Shown here piece after piece: positions 47,790-64,000 of a DNA stretch of 64,000 nucleotides (position 1 is the first letter of the stretch; every line of letters begins with the position of its first letter). The translations under genes were made by a program, and so were the position numbers. This DNA comes from the human T2T-CHM13v2.0 reference genome, Homo sapiens: the NCBI RefSeq assembly GCF_009914755.1, contig NC_060946.1. One strand, 5' to 3'. The notes beneath the pieces were generated by a model, which made no database searches, was not told where the DNA came from, and was given only the letters and a program-made list of their open reading frames with translations.

Positions 47790-48975
47790 ACTATATTCTT
47801 ATATTAGTAATGTAGGTTGAATTTTTCCAAATTTCTCTTAGTATCCATATGATCATATATAGACATTTATGTACCTGTACATATTAAAAGTTTGTTGCTG
47901 TTTGACTTAGACAAATGGAGTCAAAATATACAACCTTTCAGCTATCTTGCTTTTCTCACTCAGTGATGCCTTTTTGGAAATCCTTCCAAATCCTCAGATA
48001 GCTCTAATTTATTTTCTATAATAGGCTACATAATATTCCATGGTGCAAATGCTTCACAGTTTACTCAGCCATTTCTTTATTGATGGATATTAACGTTATT
48101 TCCAGTTCATTGCCACTTAAAATGATACTGAAATAAACACCCTAGTACTCACGTCCTTATGTACTCGTGCTTTTATTTCTATAGAGGGAAGTTTAAACTG
48201 CCCTTTCAAAGCCATTTTCCTATTATATTATCTTTTCTGTTATAGCTTTTGGTTAGCTATGGTTAGCAAGGTCACAAGGTCTCCCAGACTATATGTGTAA
48301 TTTCCTGGACATTTGTAAGATTTTTATTCACTAATTTTTATATACCTAAATCTTTCATATATATGTAGTTACTTCCTAGAAGCTATAAAAAAATACAGGC
48401 ACATTTGTATGTATAAAATATAACAACTGTCTATGACAAAAAATCATAAACATAATCAGTGGACCAAATTAATAAATAATAGATGTGAAAAATGTAATAC
48501 TTCTAATAGATCAAGAAATAATACCTATATGATACGGTTTGGCTCTGTGTTCCCACCCAAATCTCATCTGTGGCTCCCATAATTCCCATGTGTTGTGGGA
48601 GGGACCTGGTGGGAGATGATTGAATTTTGGGGGATGGATCTTTCCTGTGCTGTTCTCATGATAGTGAGTGGGTCTCATGAGGTATGATGGTTTTAAAAAT
48701 GAGAGTTGCCCCACACAAGTCTTTTTTGTTTGCCGCCATCCATGTAAGATGTGACTTGCTCCTCCTTGCCTTCTGCCATGATTCTGAGGCCTCTGCAGCC
48801 ATGTGGAACTGTAAGTCCAGTTAAACCTTTTTCTTTTGTGAGTTGCCCAGTCTCAGGTATGTCTTTATCAGCATCGTGAAAACAGACTAATAATACACTA
48901 TAACATTAAAATATACTTATGATTTGACAAGGAAAAGATAATAGGAAAATAGATTTGAAAGGGCAGTTCAAACTT
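47790..48975. mobile_element. Rearranged L1ME (minus 47790-48372, plus 48373-48975)
   Basis: Antisense L1 motifs ('cataatattccatggtg') then sense 'ctagaagctataaaaaaa...gggcagttca'. Confidence 0.6.
48530..48897 (+). mobile_element. THE1 solo LTR
   Basis: 'tgatacggtttggctctgtg...aaacagactaataataca'; perfect 5-bp TSD ctata. Confidence 0.95.
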
Positions 48976-48981
48976 CTCTCT

Positions 48982-50975
48982 TTTTTACTGAAGTCTAACT
49001 TGGATACAGTGAAGAGGAGGTCAATGAGTGTTTACATATGTGTACAACTGTGTAGCTGACCAATGTGTAGAATACCACCAGCACCTCAAAAGACTCCCTC
49101 CTATCCTTTTCTAGTCAATATCACAACCCCAGAGGTAATTTCTGTTCTGACTTCTATCACCATAGGTTAATTTGTCTATTTTTGAACTTCTATCATATAG
49201 TATGTACTTGTATCAATCAGGGTCCAAACAGAAGATGAAAACTACTGGCTTCTGTCATTCAACCTAATATCTGTGAGATTCATTTGTGTTGTATGTTTTG
49301 GTGGTTCATTCTTTTTTATTTCTGTGTTGTCTTCCATATGAAATATACACATTTCTTCTCTTTTTCTGTTGGACATTGGAGTCATTTCTAGGATTTGGCT
49401 GTTATGAATAAATTACCATGAGAATCCCACCTTTTGTTGGACATGTGCATTCATTTCTTGTATATGCTGATATATATATTTGTCCCTGCCCAAATCTGAT
49501 GTTGCATTGTAATCCCCAGTATTGGAGGTGGGGCTTTGTAGGAGGCAACTGGATCATGGGGGTGTATTTCTCATGAATGGTTTAGCACCATCCTCTTGGT
49601 GCTATCCTCACAATAATGAGTTCTTACAAAATCTGGCTGTTTATAAGTGTGTGGCACCTCCCTCTCTCTTGCTCCTGCTTTTGCCATGTGAAGTGCCTGT
49701 TCCCACTTTCCCTTTTGCCATGAGTAAGAGCTCCCTGAGGCCTCCCTAAAAGCTGAGCAGTTGCCAGCACCATGCTTTCTGTACAGCCTGCAGAACGTGA
49801 GCCAATTAATCCTCTGTTCTTTATAAATTACCCAGTCTCAGGTATTTCTTTATAGAGGTGCTAGAACAGCCTAACACATACACACACAGAAGTGGAGTTG
49901 CTTGGACCCTTATGACCCAGTAGCTCCACATCCTTGCCAAAATTTGGCATTGTCTTATTAGTTTTAGCTATTCTGGTGATTATGTGGTAGTATTATTTTG
50001 TGATTTTAATTTGCATTTCCCAATGTTGAGCAACTTTACATGTGCTGATTGGCCATTTGCAGATATATTGGATATCCTCTTGTGTAAAGTGCTCTACTTT
50101 TTTAAAATTGGGTTGTTGAAGTTTAAAAAAAAATGTTTTCTGGATGTGAGTTCCTGTCAAATACGTGCATGGAGAATTTCATCTAGTGTGAGACTTCCCT
50201 ATTCACTTTCTTATCATTCCTCTTGATATACAGTAGTTCTTAATTTTAATGAAATGCAAATTATCTTTCTTATTTATAGTGTTTTGTGTCCTACTTAAGA
50301 ATTTTTTTTATTCCCCAAGTTTATAAAGATATCCTACGTTCTCTTCCAGAAACTTTATATTTTTCTGTTTTATATTTAGGTATGTGTTCGTTCCACCTCA
50401 AGTTAATCTTTGATGTGAGACAGAAGCCAAGATACCATTATTTTTTCATATGAGTAAATCACATGCTTCAAAATCATATACTGAAAACACCACTCAATAA
50501 TGTGTATTTCAAAATCACTGAAAGAGTAGATTCTGAATATTTACACCATAAAGAAATGTTAAATATGTGAGGTGATGTATAGGTTAATTAGCCTAATTTA
50601 ATCATTCTACAGTGTATACATACATCCTACCATCACATTGTACTTTATATATACAATTATTGTTTGTCAGTTAAAAACAAAATGTAAAAAAATTAAAGAT
50701 CACATTTAAAAAATACCATTCTCCCCCCCGAGTTGCCCAATCAATCAAATAACAGTGTATATGAGTCTCTATTTCTGAATCACTGTTGTCTTCCGTTGTT
50801 CTATTTCTCTATTGAACCAATATCACACCCTCATGTTTACTGTAACTTCATAGGTATTATAGGAATATGATAGTCAAAATGCTTCAATTTTGTTCAAGAT
50901 GTTTTTAACTACTTGAGGTTCTTTCTACTTTTATATAAATTTTAGAATTACCTTGTCAATTTACACACACTCACT
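48982..50975 (-). mobile_element. L1MB/MC 3' part (with nested MST and a plus-strand L1MA end at about 50493-50700)
   Basis: 'tgttctgacttctatcaccatag', 'gattttaatttgcatttccc'. Confidence 0.75.
49468..49878 (+). mobile_element. MSTA/B solo LTR
   Basis: 'atttgtccctgcccaaatctgatgttg...tacccagtctcaggtatttc...cctaacaca'. Confidence 0.9.
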
Positions 50976-50976
50976 C

Positions 50977-55629
<4,653 letters not shown>

Positions 55630-57746
55630 AACTTCTATTATTATTTCACAACAGATTGGCTTCAATTATTTATAATGTTTCTTGTACTGTTTATTTGTTT
55701 AATGCATTCCTGGAATAAAGAAAATCAGCTACTGAATTAGACTTGCTAAGATTTTGTTTTGGATTGTTGCTTCTGTATTCATGAAGGATATTGACCTTAT
55801 TTTTATAATGTTCTTATCAGATTTTAGGATAAGGTTTTGGCAAACTCATAGTAGAAGGTAGTGTTTCCTGTTTTTCTGTTTTCTGGGAGAATTTCAAAAA
55901 GATTTGTATTTATTCCCTGAATGTCTAATAAAATCTACTTGAGAAGCCAGTTTGTTACAGGACTATTCATATTTTCTATTTCTTCTAGTATGAGTTTTGA
56001 TAAATTGTGTTTTCAAAGAATTTGTCTACTTCATGTACTTAAACTTTATTGGCATAAAGATGTTCATAGTGTGCTTTTATCCTTTAAATGTCAGCAACTT
56101 CTGTAACAATGTCCTTTTTTCCCCTGATATTTGTAATTTGTATTTACTCTTTGTCTTGTTATATTTTCATCTATTTTATTAATATTTTCAAATATTCAGC
56201 TTTTCATTCTATTGAATTCCTCTTGTATGTCTATTTTCTCTTTTAATTTTTTTTTTTGCTTTTATTTTTGTTTCCTTTAACTTTGGGCTTAATTTGGTGT
56301 TTTTTTTTTTTTTTTTCAAGTTTATGAATTGGCAACCTACTTATTAAATTTCAACTTTTCTTCTTTTTCGATAGATGCACATATTTACTTTCCCTCCCAG
56401 TCCTGTTTTATCTCATAAATTTAGACATTTAGTATTTGAAATGTTCAGCTAAAATTTTCTAAAACTCATTTTGATTTACACTTTAATATATGGGTTAGAG
56501 GTATGCTATTTAATTTTCAATCATCTGGAGATTTTCTAGTTATCTTTCTTTTATTGAGTTCTTATTTAATCTCCCAGTTATTAGAGTATGCACTTTAAAT
56601 AATTTCCTTCTTTGGACATTTTTTGAGACTTGAATTTTAGCTTATGGTATTGTCAGTTTTGGTACATGTTCCACGTGTACTTGTGGTAGATGTGCATTTT
56701 GCATTGTTGGATGTATTCAGTTTGGTTAGATTGGTTAATCATATTGCTCAAATCTATAGCCATATAACTTCCTCTGATTAAATTTTTTTTATCACCAAGA
56801 AATGTGTGTTAAGAGTTCCAACACTGTTGTAGTTTTGTCTAGCTCTTTCATCATTTGTCTACTTGAAATCTACATATTTTAAAGCTATATTATTAAGTAC
56901 TTTCAACTTCAGGGTGGCTATATCTTCTTGTTGAATTGACTCTTTTGTTATATGTCACACTTTTCTCTCAACTTTTCTTAAAATCACCTTTCTCTGATAT
57001 TAGCCATATATGCTTTTTTTGCTAGTGTTTGTATATTGGAGGATAGATATTTTCCATCATTTCACTTTTAATCTGTCTTTTATGTTTAAAATGCATTTCT
57101 TATAATCAGCACATAGGTAGATCTTGTTTTCTCCAGGCTGATAATCTTTTAATTGGAATGTTTATTTTCATTTACTGTAGTTAACTACTATAATTGGTTA
57201 AGTTTACCAAATGTGTCATCTCACTATTTGTGTTTTCTGTTCTTTGTTCAATCACTCCCTTTTACCACTTTTTGGGTATTTATTATGTATTTTTATCAGT
57301 CCACTTTATCTCCTGTAGATTTTTGCAGTCATATTGTTCAGTATTTCCACTCACATCTTCTCCCCCCGACTTTTTTTTTTTTTTTTTGCTATTATTACCA
57401 CACATTTCCCTCAACATACTGTATAGTTTTCACAAGGTATTGCCATTGTTTTTGCCTTGAACAGTCAATACATTTTAAAAAGTGATCCATATATTTACCC
57501 CATCCAGTGCTTTTTAATTCCTCTTGCACTTTCATGAATCCATCTGGAATAACTTTATTTTGAAAAGCTTCATCTATTGTAGTGTGTCTGCAGGTCACAA
57601 ATTCTCTCAATTTCTGTTTGTCCAGGAAGGTCTTTATTTTACCTTCATATTTGAAGAATATTTTTGTGGGAATGGAATTCCAGGCTGGCAATCATTTTCC
57701 TTCACAGTTTTAAAGAGGCAATTTCTTTGTTTTCTGGCTTTTGCAA

Positions 57747-58152
57747 TGCTATGCTTTGAATATTTGTCCCTTCCAAAACTCATGTTGAAACTTAATCCCC
57801 AATGTGCCAGTGTTGAGAGGTAGGGCGTTTAGAAGGTGATTGGAACACGTGGGCTCTGCCCTCATGAATGGATTGATCTTTTCATGGACAAATGAGTTAT
57901 GTGAGAGGTGAGCTGATGGTTTTATAAGAAGGGAAGGCAGACCTGAGATAGCATGTTAGCATGCTCAGTCCCCAACCGTGTGATACTCTGCACTGCCCTG
58001 GGACTCTGTGGAGTCTCTCCTGTAAGAAGGCTCTCACCAGATATAGTCCCTTGACCTTGGACTTATCAGCCTCCATAACTATAAGAAATAAATTCCTGTT
58101 CTCTAAAAAGTACCCAGTGTCAGATGTAAGCAATAGAAAATTGATTAAGACA
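57747..58152 (+). mobile_element. MST (MSTB1/C/D-like) solo LTR
   Basis: 'tgctatgctttgaatatttgtcccttccaaaactcatgttgaaacttaatcccc...attaagaca'. Confidence 0.85.
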
Positions 58153-58894
58153 CATAGTATCTGTTAATTGAGTTATATTTCTCATTTTTATTTCTCCAAA
58201 AGCAATTTCTTTCTTTTTTTGTGGTGGGGAGGGTGAATTTTTAAAGATTTTCTCTTCATTAGTGTTTAGTTTGGCTGTGACATTATTTTTGAGTTTTGTT
58301 TTTCTTGACTATGTGTATTGATGCCTTTTATCAGATTTGGAAAGCTTTAAGAAATCATTCCTTACAATATTTCTTCTACCCGATGCTCTTGTTTCCTTCT
58401 GGTTCTTCAGCTCCATTGATGTTAGGCATTTTGACCACATCTTAAAACTCTTTTATACTCTGCTTTGTGTTTTGCATTATTTTCTAATCTGTGGTTTGAT
58501 TTAGATATTTCCTATTGATTTGCCTTTGAGTTTACTCATGCTATGTCTGCTGTTATACTCATCCAATTAGTTCTGAATTACAGATTTTGTTTTGTGCAGG
58601 TCTTGAGTGTCCGTTTGATTCTGATTATTCTTTGCTGTCTGTTACCACTTTAATAGTGTGAAGTAATTAATATTGATTAACATTGAGCTCTCTCTCTCCT
58701 GGGTGATACTTGTTGACTGATAAGCTTTGCCAAACAGCGTTTGTGTAGGGAACTATACAATTCAGTGGACTGCTTTCAAATGTCAGTATTTGTAGGTCTC
58801 TTCTCTTGGGTTTGCCAATTCTTTCTCCAGATAGGAATTCTCTAATTTCCTAATACCATTTGGGAGCCAAGTGGGGTACCTTATCATGATCATT

Positions 58895-58960
58895 ATCTAT
58901 CTCTATGTATGTATGTATGTATCTATCTCTCCATCTATCCATTGATCCATCCATCCAATC
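58895..58960. repeat. Compound (TCTA)/(TATG)/(TCCA) microsatellite
   Basis: tatctatc...tatgtatgtatgtatgtatctatc...ccatccatcc. Confidence 0.7.
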
Positions 58961-59416
58961 TAACTATATTTTAACCTTCCCTCTTTCAACACTTATATTA
59001 CTCTTTCTCTGTGCCCTGTGTAACAGGGTGGAATCTCTCTAGTTCAATTTTATAGGTAGTACATTCTCCTGTTTAAATGGAGGAGAGGGAGTCACTTGGC
59101 TGTGTAAAGTTAATGAGGAATTTGGGGGTCAAAGGCCCTTGAAATAGAGTTTCAAGGAATTCTGGTTTTGTTCCCACCCACCTTCCCAGGTATCAGGGAC
59201 CTCAATTTTTAAAGCTCTCCTGGGGTTATGCAAATGCATAGTGGTGTTTTCAGTTTGCTTCTATTTGGCTTTCCTTCCTACGGGATCTTGGGTCTCAGCT
59301 TTCTTTAGTTTGTTAAGTTGATTCCATTTTGAAAAACTGTGCTGTCATTTTTCCTCTGAAGTTATCTTTTCTCCTGATGTTTTTACCTTCTGAGTGTATA
59401 CATTTTTATATTTTAC

Positions 59417-60024
59417 TAACACTGGAAAGTGGTCCCAATCCAGACCCCAAGAAAGGGTTCTTGGATCTTTCACAAGAAAGAATTCTAGGTGAATCCACAG
59501 AGTAAAGTGAAAGCAAGTTTTTAAAGAAATAAAGAATGGCTACTCCATAAGTAGAGCAGCAGCATGGGCTGCTGGACTAAGGATACTTACAGTTATTACT
59601 TGATTATATGCTAAACATGGGGTGGGTTATTCATTAGTTTTCTGGGAAAGAGGTGGGCAATTCCTGGAATTAAGGGTTCCTCCCCTTTTTAGACCGACCA
59701 TATAGGGTAACTTCCTGATGTTGCCATGGCATTTGTAAACTGTCATGGTGCTGTGGTAGTGTCTTTTAGCATGCTAATGCATTATAATGAGCATTGAGGA
59801 TGACCAGAGATCATTTTGGTCACCATCTTGGTTTTGGCTGGCTTCTTTACCACAGTCTGTTTTATCAGCAAGGTCTTTATGACCTGTGTCTTGTGCTGAC
59901 CTCCTATCTCATCCTGTGACTTAGAATGCCTAACCTTCCTGGGAATGCAGCCCAGTAGGTCTCAGCCTCATTTTACCCAGCCCCTATTCAAGATGGAGTT
60001 GCTCTGGTTCAAATGCCTCTGACA
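59417..60024 (-). mobile_element. MER41 (MER41B-like) ERV1 solo LTR
   Basis: rc start 'tgtcagaggcatttgaaccagagcaactccatcttg'; rc end 'ccaagaaccctttcttggggtctggattgggacc'; 4-bp TSD ttac. Confidence 0.9.
59640..59669. promoter_or_regulatory. Tandem GAS (STAT1-type, TTCN3GAA) motifs in MER41
   Basis: TTCTGGGAA at 59640-59648 and TTCCTGGAA at 59661-59669. Confidence 0.6.
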
Positions 60025-62276
60025 TTACTATTGCTGTGGTAAAGTTTAGGAATAGAGATGGACTATATTTAAACTGAAGGCTACTTAAAATTCTTAATTA
60101 CTAGAGTAATTTGAATTTTAATTACTAGGGTCCTAATTTCTGAAAGTCTTATTTTATACATTTAAACATTTTATTTATTTTTTCTCATAGAGCTCTGTCT
60201 TTTCATATGGTTTCTATACTTTTATCTCTCTAGTCATTTTAAACATAACTGTTTAGGGTCTCATACAGATTGTTCTCTTAACTCAAGTTCTTGTAGGTGC
60301 TGAAGCTGTTATGTCTTCTGAATAACCTCCATGGTGGATTATTACCCGAAGGGGTTTGTAGTTATTTTTCTGTGAGCTCATCATCTTTGGGGATTTTATT
60401 TTTTTTGGATAGTCTGATGACACCTGGGTTATAGAAGTTTCTCTTGAGTATGGGTCTACATTAGTTTCTTCTGTGATCTCCAAAAATATTTACAAGCATA
60501 GGGCCAATTGCAGATCAGTTTCTTGAACTGAAGATCCTTATACCATTGGAAAGGCATATATTCAGGTTTCATATTTACGTATAGCTCAGATTTGGGATTT
60601 TATGTTCTCATAGGAAATTTTCTTTTTCCACTCTAGCATCAAAGCAGAAATAAGATTCATTTTCTTATTTTCATTGGCATCATTTTTAAGTTCTTCTTTG
60701 AGGGTTAGCTCTTCAAGTTGTGTGGTTCTCAGTCCCAGCTTAAATCTCTGTGTGCACATGAAGATTCCAGCCCCCAGCTGTCATGACACATGTCTGAATC
60801 TGATTCCTTTTCAGGCTGCCTTCATACAGCATGAAACCTAACTCACTGTCTCTAATTTCTTCGTGTTTGGTACCTGACTATCTCTTCTTTTGAACTTAGC
60901 TATTAATTTTTGTGAGGGCATGAGGGAAAGGTGGGTTATAGTTTACCCAAAATTGTAATGGCTTTTACTGGAGTGTGGTAGAAATGTAGTTGGAATGGTT
61001 GCATTATCTCAATTCAACATTGTACCAGAACTGAAAGACCTACATACTGTTATGTATCTTGTTTTCCCTCCAAAATTATATCATGGAACATTTTCTATAT
61101 TACTGCATATCATTGTCTTTAATGACTACACAATATTTTATTACATATATTAGGTGTATCATAGAGAATTTAATTACTACATTATTTGGTTGATCATAGC
61201 TTTTTTTGCTATTATAAACAGTATTGCAATGAAGATCATTTCATATATTTCTTATTTAAAAGAGAGTAGAATAACACAGTCAAAGAATACGCGCATTGCA
61301 ATTTAAGATTTTGTAGATACTTTCACAGAAATAAAGCTGTAACATCTTTTGTCCTTAAGGGAAAAATTTGACTTCTCTGTTGTGTGCCTCTCCTGAAAAG
61401 CATCCTTTGGGATCTGAGTCCAGGTGACTCTGACAGGAGAAGAAAAAGAGAGAAGCATGGTTCTTGGGAAGTGACTAATCTGTTTGGAGCGGGAAGTAAT
61501 TGTTTTAAAACCAGAGGTGACTTTTCCAAAATTTGAAAAAACAAAACCCCATATTTATAAAGAGACTCTTTCCCGAGATCTCAGCAGAGCCGTGAATGGA
61601 TTTCAAGGACAAGACTACATCAAGACTCCCCACAGGCTCTGTCCCCAGCTCCAGCCTCTGGCTTGTCTCTAGGCAACATCCTCTGCCCCTCATGGGGGAG
61701 GGGGCTGTTGAGGTCACAGTGGGCTTTCCTGAGGGAAGCAGAGGGATTTTCTTCTTCTCTATGCTCAGGAGATGACAGGATATTTGGTTCCTTGCCTTTT
61801 TGAAATGCAAATGAAACCTGCAGTAGGTGGAGTTGAAACATCTATGGGTAGCAGGATTTTTTAAAGAAATGTTTTCAAGAAGAAGGGAAGAATGTGCTCC
61901 TGCAGTTGAGTGACAGAACCTCAGATAATTCATCATTATCAGTTGAGTTTAAGGTGTTTGAAAAGTAGTTTTTCAGCTTTCATTATGTATTTCTGTCCTC
62001 TGTGGGCATAGGGAGTGGAGGGAAAGGGGAACTGTCCTCGGAGGAGCTGGATGTATTTGTTCATTGCACCTGCATTCCCCACCTGCTCTGGTCAACTTGC
62101 TGGTGACCTCGTTGGGCATGGGAGGTTGTTACTTCTTTCAGACGGTGGAAACTTTCTGCATTGAGTTGAAGATCTTGGGTGACTGCATTTGAATGCAGCC
62201 TACTTTTTACAAATTGTGTGATCTTGGGGATAATTTCTTCTCTATCCTGTTGTTTCCTTACCAGTAACTTGGGGAT

Positions 62277-62739
62277 AGCCTTATCAGCAGGGAATAGGTT
62301 CCATGACTCCCAGTGGATGACTGAAGATGGATAGTCTAGAACCTTATATTTACTATGTTTTTTCTTGTGTATACATATCCATGATAAAGTTTAAATTATA
62401 AATTAAGCACAGTACTCTTGCACTTTATATCCATTATTAAGTAAAATAAGGGTTACGTAAGTACAAACAGTGTGATACCCTGGCAGTCAATCTGATAACT
62501 GAGATGGCTATTAAGTGGCTAATTCAAGTAGTGTATACAACACAGATATGCTGTAAACTGAGATAATTCATGACTCAAGCAGGATGGCCTATGATTTCAT
62601 TACACTACCAGAACAGCATGCAATTTAAAACTTAAGAATTGTTTATTTCTGGAATTTTCCATTTAATATTTTTGGAGTATGGTTGACCAGAGGTAACAAA
62701 CCATGGAAAGTGAAACTGTGGATAAGGGAGGACTACTAT
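62277..62739 (-). mobile_element. MER44B (Tigger7-derived) inside a MIR (about 62175-62830)
   Basis: 'ttgtttatttctggaattttccatttaatatt...gaaactgtggataagggaggactact'. Confidence 0.85.
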
Positions 62740-63513
62740 AGTATCTTCCTCATAGGGTGGTTATAAAGATTAAATTAAGGTAGAGGTTGAACTGCAAAGT
62801 ATTTGAAGCATGCTTAATATAATATGTATTGTATTTTCCTATGTGTTATTAATAACAATTGCTATTCTAAGGGTGTCAAGCAGGGTTTTTCCTATTCTTC
62901 TAGAATTTTGGCTAAGGTCCAAAACTGAGTAAAGAAGATAAGTATCACATATTGCAACTTAACAAAACTGCCATCAGTTGATATCAGCCCCCATATCAGA
63001 GGGCTAACTACAAGGCACCAGTTTAGACACTGTCCGTAGCTCTCACCCACTAGAGTCCTCAGACAGTCAATATTAGATGAGGGCTGCAAATGAGACAAGC
63101 TGCTCTGGGGAGAAAACTGCTTATGAAGAGAGGCTTTCTCCCATTGCTCATTACTTCACTTCTCCATTCAAACCAGAGGGACAAAGGAGAGTGTCGATAT
63201 ATCCATACTGACACCTCTGTCCTCTGCCCTGGGGTCTAGTACAACTCTCCTAGAAATTTTATAGTGCCGCTGGATCTGTAGAATGTTTACTAATGTTGGG
63301 ATTAAGAGAAAGAAACAGGAGAGAGATGGCAGAGCTGATTAAAATCAGCCTTATTCTCTCCTCCAACAAGGCAGTTCCATAGTCTACTATTTGGCATGGA
63401 TAAGATATATAAGTTTCGTATGGATTGAAAAGAAACCCCAGAAGCCAACTGGGCTTGAGCTGTTTTGCTAAATTCGTGCTCAGTAAGACTGAGGTCTAGA
63501 TGAAGGGAATCTA

Positions 63514-63882
<369 letters not shown>

Positions 63883-64000
63883 CTATTGACAGAAAAAGAC
63901 CTGCCAACTCACTATGGTATATGCCTTCATGTAATGACACTTCTGTCTCCTTGTTTCTCCTGCTAGCTTAACACCAGAGGATACTCGGGGAAGAAGCAAG

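Larger units (their letters stand above)
55640..61320 (-). mobile_element. Old L1M/L1ME fragments (ORF2 to 5' region)
   Basis: T-rich antisense L1; ORF 57395-57691 ('KIFFKYEGKIKTFLDKQKLREFVTCR') is an L1 ORF1 C-terminal remnant. Confidence 0.7.

Overview
Primate (human-like) intergenic or deep-intronic DNA, dominated by interspersed repeats: about 18 Alus, L1PA/L1MA/L1MB/L1ME fragments, MIR/L2, MaLR LTRs (THE1, MST, MLT1), ERV1 solo LTRs (MER39-like, MER41) and DNA-transposon relics (MER58A, MER91A, MER53, MER44B, MER5). I see no credible host protein-coding exon, RNA gene or CpG island. The ORF track consists of repeat-derived or chance frames plus broken L1 ORF1/ORF2 pieces. The structure that repeat annotation does not explain is a set of local inverted duplications. 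(1) A ~570 bp segment (18796-19364) is copied in inverted orientation at 16674-17239, with a gene-conversion-like high-identity patch. (2) A ~790 bp segment (30391-31184) is copied in inverted orientation into an old L1 at 42674-43778. (3) A smaller inverted rearrangement lies at 48183-48981. Also notable are a two-LTR MLT1H provirus with nested insertions (30725-39213) and a MER41 LTR with both tandem STAT/GAS motifs intact. I found no evidence for a novel gene system. Subfamily names and alignments were made by eye from recalled consensus sequences, and many boundaries are approximate.
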